From an uncultured Gemmatimonadales bacterium (GTDB lineage Bacteria > Gemmatimonadota > Gemmatimonadetes > Gemmatimonadales > Gemmatimonadaceae): a stretch of DNA of 64,000 nucleotides. A model generated the notes under the pieces. It worked only from the letters and a program-made list of their open reading frames with translations. It searched no databases and had not been told where the DNA came from. This document shows positions 1-10,699 of this stretch, in pieces. Numbering within the stretch: position 1 is the stretch's first letter; every line of letters starts with the position of its first letter. The stretch is from assembly GCA_963701965.1 (NCBI GenBank), contig OY969695.1, forward strand, positions 2,976,001-3,040,000, written 5' to 3'. The translations under genes were made by a program, and so were the position numbers.

Positions 1-290
1 TGCCGAACGGCGACACGACCGCCCACGGCACGCTCACGGTTAAGCATGGACTGGAGCCAGGTCGAGCGTATACCTGGCATATCGCCAAAGGACTGTGTTG
101 GTCGGAGGCGGCGAAGGCCGAACCCGTGAGCGAAACCGCGCCCCTGACCGTCGATCCGCAGGGGCGGGGCACCGCCGAGGCAGACTTCCAGCTGGCCGAG
201 CGCAACCTGTCGTCCTATCACCTCGACGTGCATCCGGTTGGATCGGATGTCGTCCTGTGCGGTGACTTGGTCCCGACCCAGTCGCGTTAG
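1..290 (+). CDS. Partial (5'-truncated) Cu/Zn-SOD-like/CHRD-like small domain protein
   Basis: Manual translation from position 3 gives ...GLEPGRAYTWHIAKGLCW...SYHLDVH...VVLCGDLVPTQSR*, TAG at 288-290. The WH..G.C / Y..VH / CGDL pattern resembles SOD-like folds. Not in the ORF track. Confidence 0.5.
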   Translation, partial: PNGDTTAHGTLTVKHGLEPGRAYTWHIAKGLCWSEAAKAEPVSETAPLTVDPQGRGTAEADFQLAERNLSSYHLDVHPVGSDVVLCGDLVPTQSR

Positions 291-1873
291 TGGACGCGGA
301 ACTCGGCGATCTGCGAGCGGCGGCGTCCGCGGCGGTCGGTCACAGCGAGTTCCAGCGTGTAGTTGCCGGACTTGAGGTCCGGCAGCTCGTGGTGGACGTG
401 GTCGGCCAGCCCCGTCGAACGGTCGTCGTAATCCTTGGTCGTTTCGTGTGACGAGCCGAGGAGTTTTTGTATCCCGCTCTCGCTCCGCGAGATGGTGGCG
501 ACCGTGCGGAAGTGCGAGCCATTGGGAAGACCGCACACCGCGTAGGCCAGGTTCGGCGGGATGATCGAGTCCATCAACACGTGGAACGTCGACGTGCCGC
601 CGCCCGGGTCGCAGAATGTGGCGCGGGGGGTGACCACCCGCGGCGCCGGACGCGGAGCGACTGGCGGCGGCGGAGGCGGCGGTGGAGGCAGCTGGGCGAC
701 GACCGGCGCGACGGGTACGGTGACAGTCGGTGTTGGAATGGCGCGCCAGCCGGCGTACGCCAGTCCCGTGATCACGGCGAGTAACAGCGCGATCACGACC
801 GCGACCACGCGCGCGCGGCTGCGGCGGCGCGGCGGCGCGGCGATGACCGGCGCCGGTTCCTTGGGCGACAGGTCCATGACCGGGGTCGGTGGCTCTTCGG
901 GCCGGGAGGGCTTGGAGATCCGGAAGCCGGTCGCGGTCTGGGCCAACTGCGGCACGTTGACGCTCGACAGAACGGCGGGCGTCGCCCGGACGGCCACCCC
1001 AGGCCGCACGGATTCGTCGAGCACACGGAGCAGCTCGTCGCCGTCCTGGACCCGATCGCCCGGGTCCTTTTCCATCATCCGGCGCACGATCGCGAACAAC
1101 GTCCGCTCTTCGTCGGTCGCCAGCGTCGGCGTCGGCACGGGCGCCGTGACGTGCCCATACAAGATGGCGATGCCATCTTCGCCGTCGAACGGGACGCATC
1201 CCACCAGGCACTGGTAGGCCACGATGCCGAGGCTGTAAATGTCGGCCCGCTGGTCGAGCGGCCGGGCCCGCGCCTGCTCCGGGCTCATGTAGCGCGGCGA
1301 CCCGACCGACGTCCCGGAGTTCGTGAGCGTGCGCGCGCTGGCGACCTTGGCAATGCCAAAGTCCGCCAGCACCCACCGGTCATCGTCGAACAGGATGTTG
1401 TCCGGTTTGATGTCCCGGTGGACCACCCCGCTGCGGGCCGCGTAGGCCAAGGCCCGCGCCGTATCGGCCAGCATCTCCCGGATCTCGGCCGGCGTGAGTT
1501 TGCCATCAGGCCGTTCCGCCAACATCCGTCCCAGGGAGGGTCCGCGCACATATTTCATCACGAAATAGCTCACGCGGTCGCCGCTGGCCCGGCCGACCCG
1601 ATAGATCGGCACGATGTTCGGGTGCTCCAGGCTCGCGGCTGTCTTGGCCTCCCGCTGGAACCGCTCCACCACATCGGCGTCGAACGCCATGGCCAACGGC
1701 AGCACCTTGACCGCGACCTCGCGATCGAGTGCGCGGTCGCGGGCCAAAAAGACAATGGCCATGCCCCCGCGGCCGAGCTCCGACACGATGTCGTACTCGT
1801 CCGCCAGCGCGCCGCGTACGACGTCGTGGTCGGTCAACTCACCGCTGACAACAGTTGTAGTCGAGCTGGCCAT
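287..1873 (-). CDS. Membrane-anchored Ser/Thr protein kinase
   Basis: LGRGGMAIV, VAVK, HRDIKPDN, DFGIAK and YMSPEQ motifs; Pro-rich linker, TM helix and C-terminal extracellular domain. Start placed at ATG 1873 (MASSTTT). Confidence 0.93.
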   Translation of the reverse strand: MASSTTTVVSGELTDHDVVRGALADEYDIVSELGRGGMAIVFLARDRALDREVAVKVLPLAMAFDADVVERFQREAKTAASLEHPNIVPIYRVGRASGDRVSYFVMKYVRGPSLGRMLAERPDGKLTPAEIREMLADTARALAYAARSGVVHRDIKPDNILFDDDRWVLADFGIAKVASARTLTNSGTSVGSPRYMSPEQARARPLDQRADIYSLGIVAYQCLVGCVPFDGEDGIAILYGHVTAPVPTPTLATDEERTLFAIVRRMMEKDPGDRVQDGDELLRVLDESVRPGVAVRATPAVLSSVNVPQLAQTATGFRISKPSRPEEPPTPVMDLSPKEPAPVIAAPPRRRSRARVVAVVIALLLAVITGLAYAGWRAIPTPTVTVPVAPVVAQLPPPPPPPPPVAPRPAPRVVTPRATFCDPGGGTSTFHVLMDSIIPPNLAYAVCGLPNGSHFRTVATISRSESGIQKLLGSSHETTKDYDDRSTGLADHVHHELPDLKSGNYTLELAVTDRRGRRRSQIAEFRVH

Positions 1874-1937
1874 TGTGTCACACTCCCGGACACCGATTGG
1901 ACGGTTTACGATCCCTCGCGTCACGCCCGTCGGTCAC

Positions 1938-1953
1938 TGTGACTCCCGTCACA
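1938..1953. promoter_or_regulatory. CRP/FNR-family binding site
   Basis: Perfect TGTGA-ctcccg-TCACA in the divergent intergenic region. Confidence 0.7.
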
Positions 1954-1987
1954 CCGGTGCCCCATGCACCGTCTATATCGTGAGCAC

Positions 1988-2290
1988 ATGGTCGACCGGT
2001 ACTTCACGCATGAAGGCGAGCAGTGGCGCTGCTCGGCCACCAATACGCCGCTGGCGCCAGCGGGACGGCCGCGGGAGGCCGTGGGGGAGGATGAGGGGCG
2101 CACCCGCCTTTACTTCTGGTCGGCCTCTGGGGTCATGCGGTCGGTCGTCTATCCCTCGGCGCGGCAGCTGACCGAAGCCGAGATCCGGCGTGTCACGGAT
2201 GACGAGCTCCGGGCCTTGTTGGAAGCGCCCGCCGCCAAGGAGATGGGACGCTTGAGGATCGTGTCGCCGCTCCGCGTCGCCAGATCCTGA
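1988..2290 (+). CDS. Hypothetical small protein (probably leaderless)
   Basis: MVDRYFTHEGEQW... fills the intergenic space; TATCGT -10 element lies 6 nt before the ATG. Confidence 0.6.
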   Translation: MVDRYFTHEGEQWRCSATNTPLAPAGRPREAVGEDEGRTRLYFWSASGVMRSVVYPSARQLTEAEIRRVTDDELRALLEAPAAKEMGRLRIVSPLRVARS

Positions 2291-2348
2291 ATCGGTTGGA
2301 CTGATCTCGGCTTCGCCGAGATCTAGCCGATAGCGCATCTTTCACCGC

Positions 2349-3056
2349 ATGGCCGACGAGACCGTGCTGGTGATCGACGACGAGCCTCAGATCCGGCGTG
2401 TGGTGCGGAACGCCCTCAAGGACGAGGGCGACGTGGCGCGAACCATCGAGGCCGGGACGGGCGCCGAGGGGATTGATCTGGCGGCGGCCGAGCGCCCCGC
2501 CCTCATCGTGCTCGATCTGGGGCTCCCCGACATGGCGGGCGAGGCGGTGTGCCGCGAGATCCGTTCGTGGTCGACGGCGCCCATCATCATCCTCTCGGCC
2601 CGGCACTCCGAAAAGGAGAAAGTCGCGCTGCTCAATGCCGGCGCTGACGACTACATCACGAAGCCGTTCAGCACCGTCGAATTTCAGGCGCGCGTCCGCG
2701 CCCAGCTGCGCCGCGCCCGTCTGGCGGGCGCCGGCGACACCGGCGAGCCGCTCACGCTCGGCAACGGCGTGGTGACGATCGACGTGCGCAAGCCGCAGCT
2801 GCTCAAGAACGGCGCCAGCGTGCACCTGACCCGCACCGAGTGGGAGCTGCTCCGGGTGATGGTCGCCCATGCCGGCCGGACGTTGACGCATCGCGAGTTG
2901 TTCACCGCCGTGTGGGGCAACTCCTTTGGCGACGCCCAGCAGTATTTGCGGGTCCACATTCGGAGCCTCCGCCGGAAGATGGAGCCCGACCCGGTGCGCC
3001 CGCGCTTCATCGTGACCGAGCCCGGCGTGGGGTATCGCCTCGAACCCGCGGTCTAA
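2349..3056 (+). CDS. kdpE: Response regulator KdpE (OmpR family)
   Basis: VLVIDDEPQI, LDLGLPDM, GADDYITKPF, YLRVHIRSLRRKMEPDPVRPRFIVTEPGVGYR; adjacent to kdp genes. Confidence 0.93.
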   Translation: MADETVLVIDDEPQIRRVVRNALKDEGDVARTIEAGTGAEGIDLAAAERPALIVLDLGLPDMAGEAVCREIRSWSTAPIIILSARHSEKEKVALLNAGADDYITKPFSTVEFQARVRAQLRRARLAGAGDTGEPLTLGNGVVTIDVRKPQLLKNGASVHLTRTEWELLRVMVAHAGRTLTHRELFTAVWGNSFGDAQQYLRVHIRSLRRKMEPDPVRPRFIVTEPGVGYRLEPAV

Positions 3057-4583
3057 ATGGCCAAAGCCGGGCGCACCGTCGAGGCCGTGCTGTGGGTCGT
3101 GGCGCTGGGCATCGTGGCGTTTGGCATGGCCCTCGTCCGCCAACGGCTCAACGAAGCCCACGTCGCGCTGACCTTTCTGCTGGTGATTCTCGGCGGCAGC
3201 GCGCGCGGCGGCCGCACGCTGGGCCTGCTGTTGGCGGCCACCGCGTTCGTGCTGTTCGATTGGTTCTTCCTGCCGCCGTACGGCAACCTGATCGTCGCCA
3301 ATCCGATCGACTGGCTCGTGCTCGCGGTGTTCCTGGCCACGAGCGTGGTCGCCGCGCAGCTGCTCTATCGGGCGCAGGAGGAAGCGGCGCGGGCCGAGCG
3401 CCGCGCCGTCGAGATCGACCGCCTGGCCTCGCTGGGCGCCGAGACGTTGAACGCCGGTCAACCGGAAGACGCCCTCTTCGCTGTCGCCCAGGTCATCCGC
3501 ACGAGCTTGGGCGTCGACCAATGCATCATCTTCCCCCGCGAATCGCCGCCCGCCGTGACACAGTCCCCGGCGGGCGTGCCCCCCGATCCCGCGATCACGC
3601 CCGGGCTCGTGGCCTGGATCTTTGCCCATGGCACGGAAGCCGTCTTGTCCGCCGACGGCACGACGCGGCTGGCGTGGGACGGCCCGGCCCGCCTCGACAA
3701 CGCGCCCAATGCGCGGGCATTGCTGCGGGCGCTGCGCGTGCGGGACCGCACCGTCGGGGTGGTCGCGATCATCGTCGCCGAGGGTCTCCAGCTCGACGCC
3801 GAGCAACGGCGCGTGTTCGAGGTGCTCTCGTACTATGCGGCGCTTGGCGTGGAGCGGGTCCGGCTGGTGGCCGACGCCCAGCACACCGAGGCGCTCCGCC
3901 AAGCCGATCATCTCAAGGACGCCCTGGTCGCCTCGGTGTCGCACGATCTGCGCACGCCCTTGACCACGATCAAAGCGCTGGCCCACAATGTGGCCGCGGG
4001 CGGCGACGAGCGGGCCATGATCATCGAGCACGAGGCCGACCGGCTGAACCGGTTCGTCGGCGATCTCCTCGATCTGTCGCGCATTCAGGCCGGCGCGTTG
4101 ACGTCGAATCCGGAGCCCAACGAAGTCGAGGATCTCGTCGGAGCCGCCTTGCGGCGAGTCTCCGGAGTCGCCGGCCATCGCGAGATCGCCGTCTCGTTGG
4201 ACAGCCGGTTTCCCGTGCTCATCGGACGATTCGACTTCAGCGAGACGCTGCGCGCGCTGGTCAATCTGCTGGAGAACGCGCTCAAGTACGGGGCCGCGGA
4301 CGGCGGCGTCACGCTCACGGTGCGGCGCGACGGCGAGATGATCGCCTTCGAGGTCGCCGACCGCGGGCCCGGGATCCCCGAGTCGGAGCGCGAGCGCGTC
4401 TTCCAGGCTTTCTATCGCCCGCCCGGGACATCGCCGGACGTCGGCGGCGCCGGGCTCGGCCTGTCGATTGCGCGCAGTCTCATCGAGGCCCAGGGCGGCA
4501 CGGTGACATACGCGGAGCGCCCTGGCGGTGGCAGCGTCTTTACGCTGCGCGTTCCGTTGTTGGAGGCCGTCGGCGAAAGCTGA
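3057..4583 (+). CDS. kdpD: KdpD-type sensor histidine kinase lacking the N-terminal KdpD/USP domains (DUF4118-GAF-HisKA-HATPase)
   Basis: 4-TM segment with FDWFFLPPY; SHDLRTPL H-box; NLLENALKY; DRGPGI; GAGLGL. Confidence 0.88.
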   Translation: MAKAGRTVEAVLWVVALGIVAFGMALVRQRLNEAHVALTFLLVILGGSARGGRTLGLLLAATAFVLFDWFFLPPYGNLIVANPIDWLVLAVFLATSVVAAQLLYRAQEEAARAERRAVEIDRLASLGAETLNAGQPEDALFAVAQVIRTSLGVDQCIIFPRESPPAVTQSPAGVPPDPAITPGLVAWIFAHGTEAVLSADGTTRLAWDGPARLDNAPNARALLRALRVRDRTVGVVAIIVAEGLQLDAEQRRVFEVLSYYAALGVERVRLVADAQHTEALRQADHLKDALVASVSHDLRTPLTTIKALAHNVAAGGDERAMIIEHEADRLNRFVGDLLDLSRIQAGALTSNPEPNEVEDLVGAALRRVSGVAGHREIAVSLDSRFPVLIGRFDFSETLRALVNLLENALKYGAADGGVTLTVRRDGEMIAFEVADRGPGIPESERERVFQAFYRPPGTSPDVGGAGLGLSIARSLIEAQGGTVTYAERPGGGSVFTLRVPLLEAVGES

Positions 4584-4590
4584 TATGCAG

Positions 4591-4610
4591 GGGCGTCGGT
4601 GACGACGCCC
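4591..4610 (+). terminator. GC-rich stem-loop after kdpD
   Basis: gggcgtcg-gtga-cgacgccc perfect 8-bp stem, but no clear U-tract. Confidence 0.4.
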
Positions 4611-4614
4611 GATA

Positions 4615-4679
4615 TTCACGAAACATTTATGACGCGGTAGCGCGCCCCTACGCGGTCTTCATGGCGAGCGCGTTACGAT
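4615..4679 (+). promoter_or_regulatory. Putative KdpE-binding direct repeats and -10 element of the kdp promoter
   Basis: TTCACG/TTTATG (4615, 4626) and CCTACG/TTCATG (4647, 4658), each pair 11 bp apart; TACGAT at 4674-4679, 7 nt before ATG 4687. Confidence 0.55.
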
Positions 4680-4686
4680 TGCGACC

Positions 4687-4803
4687 ATGTACGATCTCCT
4701 GTACCTGGGCGTCACGCTCGTCTTCTTCGGCCTGATGCTCGCGTTTGTGCGCGGTCTCCAAGTCCTGGGCCGCGACGCCGCTATTGAGGAGCACGACTCG
4801 TGA
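4687..4803 (+). CDS. Small single-TM peptide preceding kdpF (accessory Kdp peptide)
   Basis: MYDLLYLGVTLVFFGLMLAFVRGLQVLGRDAAIEEHDS*, 38 aa; stop overlaps the kdpF start (GTGA). Confidence 0.75.
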   Translation: MYDLLYLGVTLVFFGLMLAFVRGLQVLGRDAAIEEHDS

Positions 4804-4889
4804 CCGCCAATGCTGTGATCGGCGCGCTCGTTTCCGTGGCGCTGCTCGTCTATCTCGTCTACACCCTGCTCCGGCCGGAGAAGTTCTGA
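4800..4889 (+). CDS. kdpF: K+-transporting ATPase subunit F
   Basis: GTG start, MTANAVIGALVSVALLVYLVYTLLRPEKF*, 29 aa with the canonical YL.Y.LL.PE.F motif, immediately before kdpA. Confidence 0.92.
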   Translation: MTANAVIGALVSVALLVYLVYTLLRPEKF

Positions 4890-4890
4890 C

Positions 4891-6582
4891 ATGACCGCCA
4901 ACGGCTGGGCGCAGATCCTGTTCTTTTCCGTCGTCATCCTCGCCCTGACGAAACCCGTCGGCGTGTATCTCGTCGGCGTCTACGACGGCTCGCTGCGCTG
5001 GCTGCGCCCGATCGAGCGCTTGCTGTACCGGTTGTCCGGCGTCGACGAGACCGAAGAACAGCATTGGACGCAGTACACCGCGGCCATGCTGCTCTTCAGC
5101 GCCGCGACGATGCTCGTCACCTATTTGGAGCTGCGCCTGCAGCACGTCTTGCCGCTCAACCCGGAGCATCTGGCCGCGGTCACCGATCGGCAGGCGTTCG
5201 AGACGGCGGCCTCGTTCACGACGAACACGAACTGGCAGTCGTACGCCGGGGAGACGACGATGTCGTACTTCTCGCAGATGACCCAGCTCGCGTTCCACAA
5301 CTTCGCCTCGGCCGCCGTCGGCATGTCGGTAGCCGTCGCGCTGGTGCGGGGCATTGCCCGCCGCTCCGGCGGCCGGCTCGGCAACTTCTGGGTCGATCTC
5401 ACGCGCGGGACGCTGTACGTCCTGATCCCGTTCTCGATCGTGCTCGCGCTCCTGTTCGTCCAGCAGGGCGTGATCCAGAACTTCCACGCCTACGTGCACG
5501 CCGCCACGCTCGACGGCGGCGCGCAGACGCTGCCGATGGGACCGGTGGCCAGCCAAGAAGCGATCAAGCAGTTGGGCACGAACGGCGGCGGATTCTTCAA
5601 CGTCAATGCCGCGCATCCGTTCGAGAACCCGACGCCCTGGAGCAACTTCCTGCAGATGGTGGCGATCTTCGTGATCCCCGCCGGGCTCGTGTACATGTTC
5701 GGCCGGATGGTGAAGAGTCCCAAGCACGGTTGGGCGGTGTGGACGGCGATGTTCGTCCTCTTCTTCGCCGGCACGACGACGGCCTACTGGGCCGAGGCGC
5801 GGGGGAATCCCATTCACCAGCAGCTCGGGGTGATGGGCGGCAACATGGAGGGCAAGGAGGTGCGGTTCGGCATCGCCAACTCCGCCCTCTACGCCACGGT
5901 CACCACCGACGCCTCCTGCGGCGCCGTGAACGCGATGCACGACTCGTTCACGCCCATCGGCGGGCTGGTGCCGATGGTCAACATCCAGTTGGGCGAGTTG
6001 GTGTTCGGCGGCGTGGGCGCCGGCCTCTACGCGATGATCATCGAGATCGTCCTCGCGGTGTTCATCGCCGGGCTCATGGTCGGGCGAACGCCCGAGTACC
6101 TCGGCAAGAAGATCGAGAGCCGGGAGATCCGCATGGTCATGCTGTACATCCTCGTCTATGCGACCATTGTGCTGGTCTTCACCGCGGTGTCCGTCGTCGT
6201 GAAACCGGGACTGGCGGGTCTCAACAACGCGGGACCGCACGGCTTCTCCGAGATCTTGTACGCGTTCAGCTCGACCGTCGCCAACAACGGCAGCGCGTTC
6301 GGCGGCCTCACCGGGACGACGTACTACTACAACACGATGTTCGGACTGGCCACGATGTTCGGCCGGTTCGCGATGATGGTGCCCGCGCTGGCGCTGGCCG
6401 GGTTTCTGGCCGAGCGGCGGGCGGCGCCGGCGACCGCGGGGACATTCCCCGTGACGACGCCGTTGTTCGTGGTGTTGCTCCTCGGCGTGATCGTGATCGT
6501 GACGGCGCTGACGTTCTTCCCCGCGCTGTCGCTCGGTCCGATCGTCGAACACTTCCTCATGCAAGCCAGGACGCTTTTCTAG
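4891..6582 (+). CDS. kdpA: K+-transporting ATPase subunit A
   Basis: [52 protein letters not shown]. Confidence 0.98.
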   Translation: MTANGWAQILFFSVVILALTKPVGVYLVGVYDGSLRWLRPIERLLYRLSGVDETEEQHWTQYTAAMLLFSAATMLVTYLELRLQHVLPLNPEHLAAVTDRQAFETAASFTTNTNWQSYAGETTMSYFSQMTQLAFHNFASAAVGMSVAVALVRGIARRSGGRLGNFWVDLTRGTLYVLIPFSIVLALLFVQQGVIQNFHAYVHAATLDGGAQTLPMGPVASQEAIKQLGTNGGGFFNVNAAHPFENPTPWSNFLQMVAIFVIPAGLVYMFGRMVKSPKHGWAVWTAMFVLFFAGTTTAYWAEARGNPIHQQLGVMGGNMEGKEVRFGIANSALYATVTTDASCGAVNAMHDSFTPIGGLVPMVNIQLGELVFGGVGAGLYAMIIEIVLAVFIAGLMVGRTPEYLGKKIESREIRMVMLYILVYATIVLVFTAVSVVVKPGLAGLNNAGPHGFSEILYAFSSTVANNGSAFGGLTGTTYYYNTMFGLATMFGRFAMMVPALALAGFLAERRAAPATAGTFPVTTPLFVVLLLGVIVIVTALTFFPALSLGPIVEHFLMQARTLF

Positions 6583-6583
6583 T

Positions 6584-8698
6584 ATGGCCGCCACTGCCCG
6601 TCCGCTCTTCGACCCGCCGATCGTCCAGCGGGCCATCCGCGATGCGTTCGTGAAGCTCGACCCGCGTCACATCGTGCGGAACCCCGTCATGTTCGTGGTC
6701 ATGGTCGGGAGCGTGCTCACGACCCTGGTCGTGATCCGCGACGCCGTGACCGGAGTCGGCGATCTCAAGTTCTCGGTCCAGCTCACGCTATGGCTATGGT
6801 TCACCGTCCTGTTCGCGAACTTCGCCGAAGCGATGGCCGAGGGGCGCGGCAAGGCGCAGGCCAATGCGTTGCGGAAGTCGCGCACCCAGACGGTGGCCCG
6901 GCGGCTCGAGGCGCGCGACGACCGCACGGCCTATGACATGGTCCCGTCGCCGTCGCTCGTCAAAGGCGACCTGGTGCTGGCTTTGCCGGGCGACGTGATC
7001 CCGGGCGATGGCGACGTCGTCGAAGGCGTGGCCTCGGTCGACGAGTCGGCCATCACGGGCGAGTCGGCGCCGGTCATCCGCGAGTCGGGCGGCGACCGCT
7101 CGGCCGTCACCGGCGGGACCAAAGTGTTGTCGGACTATCTCGTGGTGCGCATCACGGCCAACGCCGGCGAGACGTTTCTCGACCGGATGATCGCGCTCGT
7201 CGAGGGCGCCTCGCGGCAGAAGACGCCCAACGAGATCGCGCTCACCATCCTGCTGTCCGGGCTCACCATCGTGTTTCTGCTCGCGGTGGTCACGCTGCAG
7301 CCCTTCGCCATCTATAGCGGCACCGCGATCAGCATTCCGGTCCTCGTGGCCCTGCTGGTGTGTCTCATCCCGACGACGATCGGCGGACTCTTGTCGGCCA
7401 TCGGCATCGCGGGGATGGATCGCGTCATCCAACAGAACGTGATCGCCATGAGCGGGCGGTCGGTCGAAGCCGCCGGCGACGTCAACACCCTGTTGCTCGA
7501 CAAGACGGGAACCATCACCCTGGGCAACCGCCAAGCGGTGGAATTCGTGCCCATGCCCGGCGTCACCATCGAGCAGCTGGCCGACCGGGCCCAGCTCGCT
7601 TCACTGGCCGACGAGACGCCCGAGGGGCGCAGCATCGTGGTGCTGGCCAAAGAGAAGTTCGGGCTGCGGGGCCGCCAACTGGGCGACGCGGAGAGCGGAG
7701 CGCTGGTGCCGGCGCTGGTCGGCGCGGGCGAGGCCCAGGCGCGCGACGTCGAGTTCGTGCCGTTCCAGGCGGCCACGCGCATGAGCGGCGTGAATCTCCG
7801 CGGCGGCGCGGCGCTCCGGAAAGGCGCCAGCGATACGATCGACGCCTGGGTGCGCGAGAACCACGGGGTGATCCCGTCCGAGCTGGCAACCGCCGTCGGG
7901 CGCATCGCCCGCGAGGGCGGCACCCCGTTGGTCGTCGCCGAAAAGGCCGACGACCAGACCCGGGTGCTGGGCGTGATCTATCTCAAGGACATCGTGAAAG
8001 GCGGAATGCGCGAGCGCTTCGACCGCCTACGCGCGATGGGCATTCGCACGGTGATGATCACGGGCGACAATCCGCTGACCGCGGCCGCGATCGCCCAGGA
8101 AGCCGGCGTCGACGACTTCCTCGCCGAGGCGAAACCCGAGGACAAGATGGCGCTCATCCGGCGCGAACAGGCCGGAGGCCGCCTCGTGGCCATGACGGGC
8201 GACGGCACGAACGACGCGCCGGCCTTGGCCCAGGCCGACGTGGGCGTCGCCATGAATACCGGCACGCAGGCCGCCAAAGAGGCGGGGAACATGATCGACC
8301 TCGACTCCAATCCGACGAAGCTGATCGAGATCGTGGAGATCGGGAAGCAGCTGCTCATGACCCGGGGCTCGTTGACGACGTTCTCCATCGCCAACGACGT
8401 GGCCAAGTACTTCGCGATCATCCCGGCGATGTTCGTCGTCACGTTCCCGGTCCTCCAGGCGCTCAACGTGATGCGTCTCCACTCGCCGAACTCGGCGATC
8501 CTGGCCAGCGTGATCTTCAACGCGCTGATCATCGTCGCGTTGATCCCGTTGGCCCTGCGCGGGGTGCGCTACCGGCCCATGGGCGCGGGCGCGATCCTGC
8601 GCCGCAATCTCCTCGTGTATGGCGTCGGCGGCATCATCGTGCCGTTCATCTTCATCAAGCTGATCGACATGCTCCTCGTCGCAGCGCATTTGGTCTGA
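6584..8698 (+). CDS. kdpB: K+-transporting P-type ATPase subunit B
   Basis: TGES, DKTGTIT phosphorylation site, [29 protein letters not shown]. Confidence 0.98.
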   Translation: MAATARPLFDPPIVQRAIRDAFVKLDPRHIVRNPVMFVVMVGSVLTTLVVIRDAVTGVGDLKFSVQLTLWLWFTVLFANFAEAMAEGRGKAQANALRKSRTQTVARRLEARDDRTAYDMVPSPSLVKGDLVLALPGDVIPGDGDVVEGVASVDESAITGESAPVIRESGGDRSAVTGGTKVLSDYLVVRITANAGETFLDRMIALVEGASRQKTPNEIALTILLSGLTIVFLLAVVTLQPFAIYSGTAISIPVLVALLVCLIPTTIGGLLSAIGIAGMDRVIQQNVIAMSGRSVEAAGDVNTLLLDKTGTITLGNRQAVEFVPMPGVTIEQLADRAQLASLADETPEGRSIVVLAKEKFGLRGRQLGDAESGALVPALVGAGEAQARDVEFVPFQAATRMSGVNLRGGAALRKGASDTIDAWVRENHGVIPSELATAVGRIAREGGTPLVVAEKADDQTRVLGVIYLKDIVKGGMRERFDRLRAMGIRTVMITGDNPLTAAAIAQEAGVDDFLAEAKPEDKMALIRREQAGGRLVAMTGDGTNDAPALAQADVGVAMNTGTQAAKEAGNMIDLDSNPTKLIEIVEIGKQLLMTRGSLTTFSIANDVAKYFAIIPAMFVVTFPVLQALNVMRLHSPNSAILASVIFNALIIVALIPLALRGVRYRPMGAGAILRRNLLVYGVGGIIVPFIFIKLIDMLLVAAHLV

Positions 8699-8700
8699 CC

Positions 8701-9297
8701 ATGATCCGCAAGCATATCCGTCCCGCGATCATGATGACGCTCCTGCTCATCGTGATCACCGGCTTCGTGTACCCTGGCATCGTCACAGGTCTGGCGCAGG
8801 TGTTGTTTCCCCGGCAGGCCAACGGCTCGCTGCTGGAGTCGGCGGCGGCGCCGGGCAAGATCATCGGCAGCGCGTTGATCGGGCAGCAGTTCACGTCGGC
8901 GGCCTATTTCCACCCGCGGCCGTCGGCGGCCGGGTCGGGCTACGTCGGCGACTCGTCGTCGGGGACGAACAAGGGACCGACCGACCGCAAGCTGACCGAC
9001 ACGTTGATCGCCCAGGCGATCGACAGCGCGGTGGCCCATGACGGCGCGGTCAAAGGGCAAATCCCGGCCGACATGGTCACGTCATCGGCGTCGGGTTTGG
9101 ATCCGGATATCTCGCCGGCCAATGCCCAGCTCCAAATTCCGCGCGTCGCCAAGACGCGCGGGGTCAGCGACGACCGCGTCCGCGCGCTCGTCGCCCAGCG
9201 CACGCAGGACCGCCAGTTCGGCTTCTTCGGCGAACCCCGCGTCAACGTGCTGCTGCTCAACCTGGCGCTCGATTCCATCGCGCCCATGCCCCACTGA
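8701..9297 (+). CDS. kdpC: K+-transporting ATPase subunit C
   Basis: Start ATG 8701 (MIRKHIRPA); FPRQANGSL, YFHPRPSA, DMVTSSASGLDPDIS, GEPRVNVLLLNLALD. Confidence 0.97.
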   Translation: MIRKHIRPAIMMTLLLIVITGFVYPGIVTGLAQVLFPRQANGSLLESAAAPGKIIGSALIGQQFTSAAYFHPRPSAAGSGYVGDSSSGTNKGPTDRKLTDTLIAQAIDSAVAHDGAVKGQIPADMVTSSASGLDPDISPANAQLQIPRVAKTRGVSDDRVRALVAQRTQDRQFGFFGEPRVNVLLLNLALDSIAPMPH

Positions 9298-9318
9298 CCT
9301 GAAACCAAAACAATCCCC

Positions 9319-10678
9319 ATGAATCGTTCCTGGTGTGCGGGCGCCCTGCTGTTGACGCTGGGCGCCCACCGGGCGCTTGCCCAGGCCTCGGACAGTACCA
9401 AGACGGACAGCACCAAGCACAAGCCCGAGCCATTCGCGTTCGCCGATTTTAGTTGGCTCAATGGCAACAGCCGGGAAAACCCGGTCATCGACACCAAGTA
9501 TTTCACGGGCGAGATCCGTGTGGATGCCAGTTACATCTGACGACTGGGCGCGCCCCAAAGATCACACGCTCGACGGTGCCGCGGAGAGCGGCCGAACGAG
9601 CGAGTTTCAGGTACAACAATTCGGGATCGGCGGGGATTTCCACTGGAATAATGTCCGCGCGCGTCTCATGACGCAGTTCGGCGCCTACTCCGAGGACACG
9701 CCACGCAACGATGCGAGCCCGGCGCGCGGGCAGTTCCAGCTGGATAACGCCTATCGGTATCTGTCCGAAGCCTATGGCGGCTATCACTGGGACGTGTGGA
9801 ACGGCATCAACCTCGACGCCGGCATCTTCATGTCCTACGTCGGGCTGTTCAGTTACTACAACTTCGACAACTGGGCCTATCAACCGTCGTACGTGTCGGC
9901 GAACACGCCGTGGTTCTTCAACGGCCTCAGAATCCAGACCTTTCCGAGCCAGAAGCTCAAGATCGAGTATTGGATCGTGAACGGTTGGCAGTCCTACGGC
10001 ATGTTCAACGAGACGCCGGGCTTCGGTACGCAGATTCTGTGGCGGCCGACAGGACGGCTCGAGTTCCTGACCAACGACTACTGGGGCTACGACACGCCAG
10101 GGAACCCGCACCGAGCGCGCATTCACAGTGACAACAGCTTTCTCTACAAGTACTACGACAACCCGAACCACTTCTTCAATCGGGCCGCGTTCTCGGTCAC
10201 CGGCGACATTGGGTGCGAGAGCGGCGGCGGCGTGAACTGCACGAGCACGAGCGACGGCCATCCGGCCCAGAACTTCTTGGGCTTCATGCTCTATCACCGC
10301 GCCTGGTTCGCCGAGAACCACCTCGGGCTCACCGTGGGCGGCGGCGAGATCACGAACCCCGGACGGTATCTCGTGCTGCTGCCGCCGATCAACGGCGCCA
10401 CCGCGGCATCGGGTACGCCGTACTTCACCGCCAACCCGGGTGACAAGTTCCAAGCCTGGGACTCGTCGGTCACGTTCGACTACATGCCGCAGGATCAGAT
10501 CACGTTCCGCGCCGAGGTGATCCACCGGGCGGCGAACGTGCCGTACTTCGTCGGTTCGGGCGGCATCACACCGACCGGCGGCAACGTAGGGGCCCCCGGC
10601 TCCATCGTGCCCGGCTTTACCCCGGACCTTCGCAAGACTGAAACGCGTATCAATCTGGCCCTGCTGGTCAAAATCTGA
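9319..10678 (+). CDS. Outer-membrane beta-barrel/porin (BBP2/DUF1597-like) with a +1 frameshift near 9538
   Basis: Signal peptide ORF 9319-9540 (PFAFADFSWLNGNSR) joins ORF ending 10678 if one base is removed (YIYDWARPKDHT or YIDDWARPKDHT); aromatic-rich amphipathic strands. Confidence 0.75.
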
Positions 10679-10699
10679 CGCTCGCGGCAATATGCGCTG

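Noticed and set aside
9536..9540. In-frame TGA in the porin gene as selenocysteine or readthrough
   Set aside because: The downstream coding sequence continues in a different frame, so this is an indel rather than readthrough
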